Positions 10,686 to 20,882 of a stretch of DNA of 64,000 nt are shown here, one piece after another. How positions within the stretch are numbered: the first letter of the stretch is position 1; every line of letters begins with the position of its first letter. Under the pieces are notes generated by a model that was not told where the DNA came from, ran no database searches, and saw nothing but the letters and a program-made list of their open reading frames with translations. Position numbers and translations under genes: made by a program. Source of the stretch: Isosphaeraceae bacterium (GTDB lineage Bacteria; Planctomycetota; Planctomycetia; Isosphaerales; Isosphaeraceae); assembly GCA_046349995.1 (NCBI GenBank), contig JAXMBE010000046.1, positions 2,810-66,809 on the forward strand, written 5' to 3'.

Positions 10686-12095
10686 TCAATCTCTGGGGGC
10701 GCGCTGGATGGCCAGGACGGCTCCTCCGGTGCCGCTAGGCCCGATCGAGGTCGAGCCCAGAACATAGAGCTCGCCCTCGCCATCCTGGCCAAATCCTTTA
10801 ATGAGCATGCCGGTATGAAGCAGCCGCTCGATCTTGCCGGAGTAGAGATTCGCGACGAGCAGGACCCCCGTCAGGTCGCCGAAGACGTACTTGCCCCTGA
10901 GCTGAGGGATGCTTGAGCCTCGGTACACGAAGCCGCCGATGACGGCCACGGGCGCCCCTGCGTTGCCTCCGAATTCCTCGTGGTCGTACTCCGCGATCGG
11001 GTCGATCCGAGCCGGGTCAGGCTTGGTGTCGATGGAGATCTCGCCGGTCGCTGGATCGAAGAGGAAGCTCCCTTCCTTGTGGCGCCAGCCGTAGTTCCCT
11101 CCGCGGGTGATGATGTTGATCTCCTCCACGTATTTCTGGCCGACGTCACCGACGATGAGCCGGTTACTGAGCTTGTCGAAGCTCATGCGGTGCGGTGCTC
11201 GCAGCCCGTAAGCGTAGATCTCCTTCAAGCTCCCCGGAGCCGAAACGAAGGGGTTGCTTCTGGGTATGTGGTACTGGCCGTTATCGCTGAGGATGTTCCG
11301 CTGACCGCTGCCCAGGTTGGGATTGAGCGGATCGATCCGGAGGATCTTGCCAAGAATCGTGCTCAGATCCTGGGCATTCCCGACCAGGGGGTTGTGCCCC
11401 GGGCCGACGTCGTTGGCATTGCCGCCGTCACCGATGGACGCGTAGAGCAACCGGTCGCGGCCAAAGACGATCGCGCCGCCGTTGTGATTGTACTGGGGCT
11501 TGTCGAATCTGAGGATTTCCCGGTACGAAGCGGGATCGACCACGAGTTCGTCGTCCTTCTCACCGCCAATGGCCTTCCATTCGGCGATCACTTCCTGGCA
11601 GTTGGGCACCACGCTCGCGTCCGGGAACGGAGGGATGGGGAAGTCGGCGATCTTCGTGACCGGCACGTTGTGCATCGTGTACAGCGTGCGATACCCGGGA
11701 CTGCCCTCGACGTCGAACCCGGGATGGAAGGCCAGGCCCAGGAGCCCACGCCCATCGTAGCCGGGGGTGAGGCCCGGCGGGGCGCCCGGGACGCTGGGCG
11801 ACAGGCCGGACATGATGGCGGTGATGTCCAGGAAGGGTTCAGGCCGGATTCCGCCCTCCCTGAGCACGAGAATCAGCCCCGTCTGGTCGACGATGTAGCC
11901 CGTCATGCCCCTCTTGCCGGCGGCGGCGAAGTGGAGGGGTGCCGTCAGGCCCCGGGCGATCGGATGGAGGGCGACCTTCACCCTGCTCTGCGGAATCGGG
12001 GCGGGGATCGGATTGTCCGGCGCCTCTGCCCTGCTGGAAGGACTCGCCGCCAGTAGGGCCAGCCCCAGGAGGCAGATCAGGTATCGAGGGTACAT
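10686..12095 (-). CDS. PQQ-dependent sugar dehydrogenase (glucose/sorbosone dehydrogenase family)
   Basis: RGLLGLAFHP, NHNGGAIVFG, GDGG, LGKILRID, IYAYGLR, GGNYGW; signal peptide. Confidence 0.9.
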   Translation of the reverse strand: MYPRYLICLLGLALLAASPSSRAEAPDNPIPAPIPQSRVKVALHPIARGLTAPLHFAAAGKRGMTGYIVDQTGLILVLREGGIRPEPFLDITAIMSGLSPSVPGAPPGLTPGYDGRGLLGLAFHPGFDVEGSPGYRTLYTMHNVPVTKIADFPIPPFPDASVVPNCQEVIAEWKAIGGEKDDELVVDPASYREILRFDKPQYNHNGGAIVFGRDRLLYASIGDGGNANDVGPGHNPLVGNAQDLSTILGKILRIDPLNPNLGSGQRNILSDNGQYHIPRSNPFVSAPGSLKEIYAYGLRAPHRMSFDKLSNRLIVGDVGQKYVEEINIITRGGNYGWRHKEGSFLFDPATGEISIDTKPDPARIDPIAEYDHEEFGGNAGAPVAVIGGFVYRGSSIPQLRGKYVFGDLTGVLLVANLYSGKIERLLHTGMLIKGFGQDGEGELYVLGSTSIGPSGTGGAVLAIQRAPRD

Positions 12096-12458
12096 GGAAA
12101 GGATCGCCTATGTAAGAGAATCCGAACAGTCGCGATGCGAATCCGGCCCGTCGCCGTGGCTGCGCGCTCGATGACGCCTGTTCTGTGGCGTTGAGTTCCA
12201 TGGCGAGCCTCTCCGAGGTTCCTCGCGGACTCGGGGCGTCGATACGCCGTGGTCAGACGTGGTGACGGCGCCGGACCGAGATGATCCGTCATTCGTTGCG
12301 AGTCGGCACTGTAGCTCCTCGGGCGGGCCGTTACAAGTTTTCGCCGGCGCCAGGGCTTTCCCCGATTTCGGAATCGGCGTCGAAGGGATCCGGATCGCTG
12401 GCGCTCCTGGTCTGGATCGCCGCGGTCCCCACTTCGCCCATGCTGCTCGCGACGTCCG

Positions 12459-13541
12459 TCAACGAGCGGGGAGGAAGCCCGGCTCGATCTTGAGCTCCAG
12501 GTCGAGGACCTCATTTGCATTGATCCTCAGGTGATTCACCTGGAGGTGCTTGCTCTCCGCGGTGTCTGGGGACTCGACGCGCATGATCAGCATCCCCGCG
12601 GGGAGGACGGCGACCTCGAAGCGGCCGTCCCGATCGGTGGTCACGCGCTCCGAACCGACGTACGGGCCCGGGGACGTCACGGGCAGGGTCGCGACGAGCA
12701 GCCTCACGTCGGCCAGCGCCTTACCGTCTGGCGTGATGAGCCGACCCTTGATCGAGCCGACCGGGAGCAGCGTGACAGTCCTGGTCCCGTCCAACCGGCC
12801 CGATCTCCGGTTGCTCCCTTGCTGCGTGCCGAAGCCGCTCGCCGTCACGCGGAACCCGGCAATCTCCTCCGGGCGGAAGGCGGAGATCGTCGCGATGCCT
12901 TCCGCATCGGTCTCCTCTGCGACGAGGTCGCGCAGGCTCTCGGGCACGTCGAGGGAGTCGCGAAAGAGCACCGTCGGGATGACCCGCGCCTCCCGCACCG
13001 GCTGGTCATCAGGCCCGAGGACCCGGTACTTCGCGACGGCCGGCGGCCTGAGCTGGACACGCAGAAGTTTGCCGGAGGTCAGCGCGGATCGTGGAAGCTC
13101 CTGGGTCGTCGCCAGCGAACCGGGCCGGTAGGCCCAGAGCACGACCCGACGCTCCTCGGCCACCGGTTCCCCCCGGACGTCCATCCGGAACTTTCCTTCG
13201 GAGTCGGTCCGTCCGCTCGCGCGGACCGATCGCTGGATCGCGCTGGCGATGCTCTGCCCGGCCGGGCGATCGACTCCTTTCGGGCCCAGGGGCAGGTAGC
13301 CGTCCACGACCCGGATCTCCACCCCCGTGGCCGGTTTGCCGTCAGGATCGACCACCTGTCCGCTGAGCGTCGCACGCCCCGCCGGGCCCGGCGACGAGCG
13401 CGGTGTCACCGGGCCCGGCGGGTTCGAGGTCGAGACCTGTCCGCTTGCAGTTGCACCGGCCAGAACGGACGCGACTCCGATGGAGGCCACCAATCTCGCC
13501 ATCCCAGCCGCAACGGCACGAGCGTTCCAGCGCGTCGCCAT
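12459..13541 (-). CDS. Secreted protein with carboxypeptidase-regulatory-like repeats
   Basis: LSGQVVDPDGKP, GRTDSEGKF, GRLITPDGKAL, TTDRDGRF; signal peptide. Confidence 0.7.
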   Translation of the reverse strand: MATRWNARAVAAGMARLVASIGVASVLAGATASGQVSTSNPPGPVTPRSSPGPAGRATLSGQVVDPDGKPATGVEIRVVDGYLPLGPKGVDRPAGQSIASAIQRSVRASGRTDSEGKFRMDVRGEPVAEERRVVLWAYRPGSLATTQELPRSALTSGKLLRVQLRPPAVAKYRVLGPDDQPVREARVIPTVLFRDSLDVPESLRDLVAEETDAEGIATISAFRPEEIAGFRVTASGFGTQQGSNRRSGRLDGTRTVTLLPVGSIKGRLITPDGKALADVRLLVATLPVTSPGPYVGSERVTTDRDGRFEVAVLPAGMLIMRVESPDTAESKHLQVNHLRINANEVLDLELKIEPGFLPAR

Positions 13542-13587
13542 CGGACCCTCCCATTGTCGCTGCCGATGTTGACCTGTCTTCCGCGTC

Positions 13588-13983
13588 TCAACGAAGATCA
13601 AAATCAATAGTATTTGTCGACTTCTGGATCTGGACTGTCAACCCCGACGTCGCCTGAGACTGGTAGTTCATGGGGACGCCCGGCGAGACGATCACGACCG
13701 AGTACGTGCCGGGGAGTGCGCCATCGTTGGTGCTGAAGGTGGTCACCGTGTACCTGCCGGCGACGAACTGACCCGTGGCCTGCTGGCCGCTTGCGGTGGA
13801 TGGCACGAGGATGATCCTGCCTCCGGAGAGCGGCTGCCCGTTGAAGGTAACGGTGCCCGAGACAGGGAACGGCCTGGGCCTCGACACCCAGTTGATCCAC
13901 GCGAAGATCAGGGCCGCGAAGACCACGAGGACCATCAATCCCTGGATCGAGTACCGGAATCGGGAAGCTGGAATCTCAGGCAT
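13588..13983 (-). CDS. Small planctomycete carboxypeptidase-regulatory-like protein
   Basis: RFRYSIQGLMVLV N-terminal TM; PVSGTVTFNGQPL, DGALPGTYSV, IDFDLR end. Confidence 0.8.
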   Translation of the reverse strand: MPEIPASRFRYSIQGLMVLVVFAALIFAWINWVSRPRPFPVSGTVTFNGQPLSGGRIILVPSTASGQQATGQFVAGRYTVTTFSTNDGALPGTYSVVIVSPGVPMNYQSQATSGLTVQIQKSTNTIDFDLR

Positions 13984-14054
13984 GGCCGATGTCCTTCGTC
14001 TCCTCGGTGACTTCCGATCGGTTTGCCGCTCGCGCGCCCCCCCGCGACAAGTTT

Positions 14055-15727
14055 CTATTCCTTTCGGTGCTCGGGAGCAGCCCACCACTCAGCTGCGCGG
14101 GAGAAGTCCCACTCGGCGGCCGATCCGCAGGCGGCGAGGTCATGGTCGAGGGAGGCCGCGTCCTGGTAACGATCGGCGGGGGATTTGGCGAGGCAGCGGA
14201 GCAAGACCCGCTCCAGGTCGGTCGGAAGCCCGGGGCGGTGCTGCGACAGCGGCTCGACCGAGTCGCGCGCCACGGAGATCATCACCGCCATCGCGGTCCG
14301 GCCGGTGAACGGGGCACGGCCGGTCAGCAGGTAGTAGGCGACGGCGCCCAGGCCGTACAGGTCGCTACGGGCGTCCGGCCGCGCTCGCCGGTGGCCTGCT
14401 CCGCCGCCATGTACTGCGGCGAGCCGGCGACGCCGCCATCGCGGCTGGGCTCGGCGGCCGAGACATCGGGCGGGGGCAGCACGAGGCCGAAGTCCAGGAG
14501 CTTCACGAAGTCGTGGAGGTTGCCCCGGCGGGCGGCGAAGATGTTCGCCGGCTTCAGGTCGCGGTGCACCAGCCCGGCGGCGTGCGCCTCGGCCAGCGCC
14601 CCGCACGCCTGGCGGAGCAGGAAGATCGCCCGCCCCGGCGGCAGGGGGCCGTGGCGCGCGACCAGGTCGGCCAGGCTCAGGCCGTCCAGCAGTTCCATGA
14701 CATAGTAGAAGGTGCCGTCCTCGGTCCGGCCGTAGTCATAGATCTCCACGGTGTTGGGGTGGGACAGGCGGGCCGTGGTGCGGACCTCACGCTCGAATTT
14801 CACCATGGCCCGGGGATCGCCGGCACGCTCGGGGGCGATCAGCTTGATGGCGCAGGGCCGCTTCAGGAGCTGGTGCTCGGCCAGGTAGACCACGCCCATG
14901 CCGCCGGCCCCGATCCGGCCCTTCAGCCGGTACTGGTTGAGCTGTCTGGCCTCGAACGCCTCGATCCGCAGCGCGTTGATCGTGTGCGTGGCGTAGACCG
15001 TCGTCCCGGCCCCGATCAGCAGCATCAGCACGTTGTCGCTGATGGTCTCGAACGTCAGCAGCGGGGCGGCGAAGCGGAAGACCTCGGGGTGGAAGGTCCG
15101 AAGCGCGAGCGGGCTAAGGGTCGTCACGGCCACCATCACCGACACGACGGCCGCGGCCCGCCGCCAGGTGTTCGGGATGAACATGCCGTACAGGACGATC
15201 ATGGCGAAGACGAACAGGATCGTGTTCTTGACCGTCGCCATGAGCATGACCCGGTCGCCGTCGTGGACGCGGAGCTGGACGAGCCGGTAATGGATCGTGA
15301 CGAAGAACGCGATGGTCATGCCGAAGAGGACCAGTTCCAGCGCCCGGAGCCGGCGCAGGGCGATCGGCCGCCGTCCGGACAGCACGGTGAAACTAGCGAG
15401 GAAGGCGGCCACCACCAGACAGTGGAAGCCGGCCAGGAACGAGTCATGATAATGCCCGCCGAACCACAGGTTCCGCAGGAGGAAGGCGCCGAAGGCGCAC
15501 GACATGGCCAGCGAGACGGCGCGGAGACGGACACGCAGCAGCGAGCGTGTCTCGTCGGACAGGTGAGCGCCGCTGCCCGCGATCACCTCCACCCGGGGCG
15601 ACGGCATGCCCGCCCCGGAGGCCGTGACCGATGGCGTGGTCGGCGATCTCGCCGGTTCGGGGATGGGCGCCGGCTGGTAATCGATGGTCGGCTGGACGGC
15701 CGTCAAGTCGTCGTGCATCGGGTCCAT
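14055..15727 (-). CDS. Membrane-anchored Hanks-type Ser/Thr protein kinase (frameshift near 14375)
   Basis: IGAGGMGVVY, AIK, VHRDLKPANI, DFG in ORF 14324..15808; continuation DARSDLYGLGAVAYYLLTG in ORF 14055..14606; multiple N-terminal TM helices. Confidence 0.9.
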
Positions 15728-16427
15728 CGGGTCGTCTCTCGTGTCGTGCCGCCGTGGCCGCCGAGGCAATGGCGGCGCTTCCCCGAAGCGGGGCCCTCGG
15801 CTCTGCAATTGGTACTCATTCTATCGACCGAACGCCCGATACCGCCGTCTCTCCGCGGCGGCCAGGGACAGGAACCATGGAATACACAGAAGCCACGGGA
15901 ACGTGGATGCAGCCGGTGGCCTCGATTCTGGAGCAGTAAGGATCGCAGCTTGCCTCGTGGGAGTTCCACGGACCGAAAGCTCTGCCTTCTTCCCGTATGT
16001 TCCGTGGTTCCTTTCTGGTTTCGAAAATTGCATGAGCGACGGCCCCCTGCACGCGAGGTTGCGGCCCGGGTTTCGCCCCATCCCGCCTTGCGGGATTTCG
16101 GGAACTCCGGTACAAGTCCCGAGCCTGTCATGTCTCCTGATCAGCGACGTCCGGGTCCGGGCCGACCGTTTCCAGGGATGGAACGGGGACGTCCCACTTT
16201 TCCTGGCCCGGGAATCAGGTCGCGTCGCCGAGGACCGAATGCGGGGGGTGCGAATGTCGCTCCCTCGATCCTGACTGTGATGATCGGCCGATCCTGACCG
16301 CCCTGGAGGCCCAGATGGGCCGGCGGACGAGCGACGCGGGGCCGATGCGGCGTTGAGGCCGCGTCCCCCGGCGCACGTCGCGCGAGCGGGGCGGCTCCCG
16401 ATCGATTGGCTGCGGGAACGATCGCTC

Positions 16428-19268
16428 ATGCGACCATCCGGAAAACTTCGCCTCTCGGAACCAGTGACGGTCGCCGGGAGGACTCCGAGCCTCGACCGGG
16501 GCGGGCCGGGCCCTGTGCCGCGGCGAGCCCTGCGGCTCGGCGTCTGGGCCGTCCTCCTGGTCTGCTCCGCCGAGCACCTCCCGATCCCCGGCCCCCAGGC
16601 GCTGGCCCAGCAGGGCGACAGGCTCCCCGAGGGGATCGTCACCGAGGTCCGGATCGAGGGCAACGCGACCATCTCGGCCGAGAAGATCCGCGCCAAGATC
16701 CTCAGCCGGGCGGGCCAGCCGCTCGACCAGCAGAAGGTCGAGGCCGACCTCAAGAGCCTGATGGCGACGAAGTGGTTCTCGGACGTCTCGCCCTACTACC
16801 AGGAGGCTCCCCCGAAGAGCGGGAGGTACCTCCTGATCTTCAAGGTCCGCGAGATGCCCGTGCTCCGCGTGGTCGAGTTCCGGGGCCGCAAGGGCGTCTC
16901 CCTCAAGGAGATCGAGGAGAACACCGATCTCAAGGTCGGCAACCGGGCGGACCCCACGAAGACCCGCCTGGCGATCGGGCAGATCCAGCGGCTCTACCAG
17001 GAGAAGGGCTACGAGCTGGCCGAGGTGAAGCTGATCGAGGGGGGCAGCATCGGCGACACCAAGGTCATCATCCAGATCTTCGAGGGGCCGAAGTTCAAGA
17101 TCGCCAGCGTCGACTTCAAGGGGAATACCTTTGCCTCCGACGCCCAGCTCTGGACCAAGATCACCAGCCGCAAGCCGATCCTCGGCCTGGTCGGGGGCAA
17201 GTACCATCGCGACATGCTCGAGGAGGACCGCCGCAAGCTTACGGACTACTACCAGTCGCAGGGCTTCTTCGAGGTGAAGATCACGCCGGTGACGAAGCCG
17301 GGCAATAGCCTGGGCGACGTCAACCTGACGTTCGTGATCTCCGAGGGTACGCGCTACAAGGTCCGCAACCTGGTCTTCGAGGGGAACAAGAAGGTCAAGA
17401 CGGCCGAGCTCCGCGAGGGGCTGCAGCTCCATTCCGGCAAGCCGTTCCTCGAGGCCGTCCGCGAGGCCGACCTGAAGCTGATGATGGCCCGGTATTACGC
17501 GCTCGGCTGCATCGACACCCAGATCAACTACGAGCCCCGGTTCACCAACGAGCTGGGGGTCGTAGACCTCGTCTACAAGATCGAGGAGGGCGAGCCCTAC
17601 CTGGTCGGCGAGATCAAGTTCGTGGGGAACACGCGGACCAAGGACAAGGTCATCCGCCGCGAGTTCGTGCAGGCGGGCCTGCTGCCCGGCGAGGTGCTGG
17701 ACAAGAACCGGCTCGACATCGCCAGGCAGCGGCTCCAGGCGCTCGGCTACTTCCAGATGAATCCCGAGATGGGCAAGCCGATCGAGATGAAGATCATCAA
17801 TCGCCGTGCCAAGGACAAGCCGTACGGCGACCTCATGACGCCGCTTCTGGGCGAGGGCGTGACCCAGGCCCGGATGCAGGATCCGGGCTCGGCGCTGGAG
17901 CTGGTGCCCGCGCCCGAGCCGCTGCCGGGGGCGAACAACGTGCCGAGGCTCGAGCCGAGCGCGCCGGGCTCGTCGAGCCCGCTGGGCGGCGGCAATCTCT
18001 TCAGCCCGCCGCCGGACACCGTGCCGCCCCTGACGGTCCCCGTGCCGGGCCAGCCCGGCAGGTCGGCGGCGACGGCCCCAGGCGCCAGGCCCGGCGCGCC
18101 GCCGGTCGGCGCGGGCGAGCCGGCCGGGACCTTCCCCAGCGTCCCCGGCCTGAACATGACCGACGTCGGCCCCGACCGGAACGACCCGTTCCCCAACCGG
18201 TCGTTCGCCGACATCGTGACGGCGCTGGACGAGGCGCCCACCGGCCGGTTCATGGTCGGCGTGGCCGCCAGCAGCTTCCAGGGGCTCTTCGGCAACGTCA
18301 CGGTCTACGAGAAGAACTTCGACATCTTCAACTTCCCGCGCTCGTTCAACGACATCTTCAACGGGACGGCCTTCCGCGGCGGCGGCCAGGAGTTCCGCCT
18401 GGATATCCAGCCGGGCACGCAGATCAACCGATTCCAGGTCAGCCTGCGCGAGCCCTACCTCTTCGACCTGCCGATCGGGGCCGGTGTGGCCGGTTACTGG
18501 TTCACCCGCTTCTATCCCGACTGGAACGAGCGCCGAGGCGGCGGCCGGTTTTCGCTGGGTCGGCAGTTCGGCACGTCCACCTACGCCGACGTGGCGATGC
18601 GGGTCGAGGACGTCAACTTCTTCGGGTACAGGTCGCCTGCCCCGGCCGAATACCTCGCCGCCTCCGGACAGTCCTTCCTGGCCTCGATCCGCCCCAGCCT
18701 CCGGTTCGACAACCGCAACAACCCGTTCATGGCGACCAAGGGGCAGTACGCCGAATTCTCGATGGAGCAGGGGTGGGGCACTTTCACCTGGACGAAGTTC
18801 GACGCCGAGGGCCGGGCCTACTTCACCACCGGCAGCCGGCCCGACGGCTCCGGCAAGCGATTCTTCACGCTCCGCGGCCACTTCGGGATCGCGACCCAGG
18901 GCATCCCGGTGTATGAGGCGTACTTCGCCGGTAACTTCGGCAGCCTCCGCGGCTTCCAGTACCGCACCGTCTCGCCCAAGGCGCTCGGCGTGCCGATCGG
19001 CGGCATCATGATGGCCCTCGGCTCGCTCGAGTACCAGTTCCCGCTCACCGCCAGCGACACGATCCAGCAGGTCCTCTTCACCGACTTCGGCACGGTCGAG
19101 AACGATTACAACTTCCACAAGGTCCGCGTCTCGGTGGGCACGGGCATCCGGCTGATGATCCCCCAGATGGGCCCGATCCCGCTGGGCTTCGACCTCGCCT
19201 TCCCGATCACCTACGCCGAGGGCGACGCCCTCCGCTACTTCAACTTCAGCATGAGCGCGATGTACTGA
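16428..19268 (+). CDS. bamA: Outer membrane protein assembly factor BamA (Omp85)
   Basis: POTRA repeats (EVRIEGN, VEFRG, VDFKGN, VFEGN, FVGNTRTKDKVIRRE), barrel with SLRGF motif, terminal aromatic residue; start uncertain. Confidence 0.9.
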   Translation: MRPSGKLRLSEPVTVAGRTPSLDRGGPGPVPRRALRLGVWAVLLVCSAEHLPIPGPQALAQQGDRLPEGIVTEVRIEGNATISAEKIRAKILSRAGQPLDQQKVEADLKSLMATKWFSDVSPYYQEAPPKSGRYLLIFKVREMPVLRVVEFRGRKGVSLKEIEENTDLKVGNRADPTKTRLAIGQIQRLYQEKGYELAEVKLIEGGSIGDTKVIIQIFEGPKFKIASVDFKGNTFASDAQLWTKITSRKPILGLVGGKYHRDMLEEDRRKLTDYYQSQGFFEVKITPVTKPGNSLGDVNLTFVISEGTRYKVRNLVFEGNKKVKTAELREGLQLHSGKPFLEAVREADLKLMMARYYALGCIDTQINYEPRFTNELGVVDLVYKIEEGEPYLVGEIKFVGNTRTKDKVIRREFVQAGLLPGEVLDKNRLDIARQRLQALGYFQMNPEMGKPIEMKIINRRAKDKPYGDLMTPLLGEGVTQARMQDPGSALELVPAPEPLPGANNVPRLEPSAPGSSSPLGGGNLFSPPPDTVPPLTVPVPGQPGRSAATAPGARPGAPPVGAGEPAGTFPSVPGLNMTDVGPDRNDPFPNRSFADIVTALDEAPTGRFMVGVAASSFQGLFGNVTVYEKNFDIFNFPRSFNDIFNGTAFRGGGQEFRLDIQPGTQINRFQVSLREPYLFDLPIGAGVAGYWFTRFYPDWNERRGGGRFSLGRQFGTSTYADVAMRVEDVNFFGYRSPAPAEYLAASGQSFLASIRPSLRFDNRNNPFMATKGQYAEFSMEQGWGTFTWTKFDAEGRAYFTTGSRPDGSGKRFFTLRGHFGIATQGIPVYEAYFAGNFGSLRGFQYRTVSPKALGVPIGGIMMALGSLEYQFPLTASDTIQQVLFTDFGTVENDYNFHKVRVSVGTGIRLMIPQMGPIPLGFDLAFPITYAEGDALRYFNFSMSAMY

Positions 19269-19413
19269 CCGGACGGGCCGTTCGACGCGGGGGAGCGAGG
19301 GCCGACCCGCTCCGAGCCTGAGGCCCGCCGTCCTGTGCGTCCTTCAATAATCCCGGGGCCCCGCCGAACTCCCATTCGAGAAGAGCCCGACCCCGAGGAC
19401 CGGAGAGGCCACC

Positions 19414-19638
19414 ATGGGCGAGCAGTCCGATCGCAGCGTTCAGTTGGGATGCGGCACCCTGATCATCATCGCCCTCATCGTCGTGTTCTTCTCCGGTGGC
19501 CGGGACACGAAGGAGATGAAGTCCCAGCTCGAGGACGTGAGCCGGAGGATCGATCGGATCGAGAAGAAGATCGACCTGCTCTCCGAGAAACTCAGCCCGC
19601 AGCCATCCCCCGAGATCAAGCTCCCGGAGAGGCCTTGA
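19414..19638 (+). CDS. Small membrane protein with coiled-coil tail
   Basis: RBS-like GGAGAGG upstream; LGCGTLIIIALIVVFFS TM; strong GC3 bias. Confidence 0.75.
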   Translation: MGEQSDRSVQLGCGTLIIIALIVVFFSGGRDTKEMKSQLEDVSRRIDRIEKKIDLLSEKLSPQPSPEIKLPERP

Positions 19639-19873
19639 CCGCGCCGGGGCGAACGCAGTCCGTGAAGCGACCGTCTTCCAACCCGGCTCGTTCCGCGGCA
19701 GGGCCTTCCGCGGCCGCCACGAGTTCCGGATGGACTGATCCGATCCGGGCTGCCGATCCTGATCGGACCCTGCCGGGGGCCTTCCTGAGGGACTGGCACA
19801 GAATCAACGTCTCACTTCTGGCTGACGATCCCTCGGCGTAGAGTCGTCGGCGCCGTGGCCTGCGTCGACGGTT

Positions 19874-20314
19874 CTAGCGAAGCTGCTCGGCCAGCCCGAT
19901 GATGATGCCCTCAGGGCCACGCAGGAAGCAGAGCCGGTAGATGTCCTCGTACTGCGCGATCTCGCCGACGAGTTCAGCACCGTGGTTGCGCAGGCGAGCA
20001 ACGACGTCGTCGAGGTCGTCGACGGTGAACATGATGCGGCGTATGCCCAGCGTGTTCGCCGGGGCGTTTTCCGGCTCGGCTCTGACCGCCGGCGGCGTGT
20101 GGAACTTCGTCAGCTCAACCCGGCCGTGGCCGTCCGGGGTCCGCATCATGACGATGTCGGCACGGACGCCATTGAGACCGACGATGCGGTCGACCCAACT
20201 CCCCTCGACCGTTGTCTGGCCTTCCAGCTCCATGCCGAGTTCGGCGAAGAACGCCTTGGCTGCCCCGATGTCGTCGACGACGATGAGAACGTTGTCCATC
20301 CGCCGAATCGCCAT
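19874..20314 (-). CDS. VOC/glyoxalase family protein
   Basis: MDNVLIVVDD..AKAFFAELG, RRIMFTVDDLD, LRGPEGIIIGLAEQ. Confidence 0.9.
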   Translation of the reverse strand: MAIRRMDNVLIVVDDIGAAKAFFAELGMELEGQTTVEGSWVDRIVGLNGVRADIVMMRTPDGHGRVELTKFHTPPAVRAEPENAPANTLGIRRIMFTVDDLDDVVARLRNHGAELVGEIAQYEDIYRLCFLRGPEGIIIGLAEQLR

Positions 20315-20359
20315 GGGTCACTCCATGATCGCCTGCGGGACACTCGCCCGCTTCGGACT

Positions 20360-20563
20360 GCTCGGGGAGATGGTGTCATTCCACTCCCCTTGGAAGGAAT
20401 CCCTCCAAGAGATTGATCTCTTCCATCTCCTGCTTCGAGACCTCGTTCCCCGAGAGATAGACACTTTGGTCCAGTTCGCAGCTGACCTTCAAGCCCGACC
20501 CGGTCATCGTCACCGCGATGAGGTTGACGATCGTCACGTGACTCAGAGGAGTTCGCCCCGCCA
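20360..20563 (-). mobile_element. ISAzo13-family transposase 3' remnant
   Basis: WRG / PLSHVTIVNLIAVTMTGSGLKVSCELD..EVSKQEMEEINL / GEWNDTISP split over frames; resembles the ISAzo13 C-terminus (GEWNYTI). Confidence 0.8.
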
Positions 20564-20882
20564 TCGGGGCCCGGCCCGGCCGGGCGACCCGGTTTCCCCC
20601 GCCCCGCGTCGGCAACCTGAGCTATGCTTCTCCCAGGGGTCATGTCTCCACCCGGGCTCCACATCTCAATGCCCCGGGACCGGACGCACCGGCCTGGCGA
20701 GGCCCGGAACGCTCTCCGCCCGCACCGCGAGCGGTGCGCGCGGAAACGCGTGTCGGGATCGACGAGCGGCCGCCCAGGGACCGACCGGGTGGCCGGGGCG
20801 AAGACGGCTCCCCTCCCGGGGGTGAGTCGAGCGATCCCCCGGCCGTCAAGGCGATGGGGCGCAGGCTCGGAGGGCAATCACC

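Noticed and set aside
11839-12201. ORF MELNATEQ with a good RBS upstream of the sugar dehydrogenase
   Set aside because: Overlaps the dehydrogenase out of frame and has no recognisable motif; cannot be supported
14360-14390. Kinase frameshift as phase variation
   Set aside because: No homopolymer or slippery tract; a single missing base, probably an error. The same applies at ~36650.
16215-19118. Very long antisense ORFs (also 41855..44599 and 51455..53476)
   Set aside because: Shadow ORFs caused by high-GC codon bias opposite real genes
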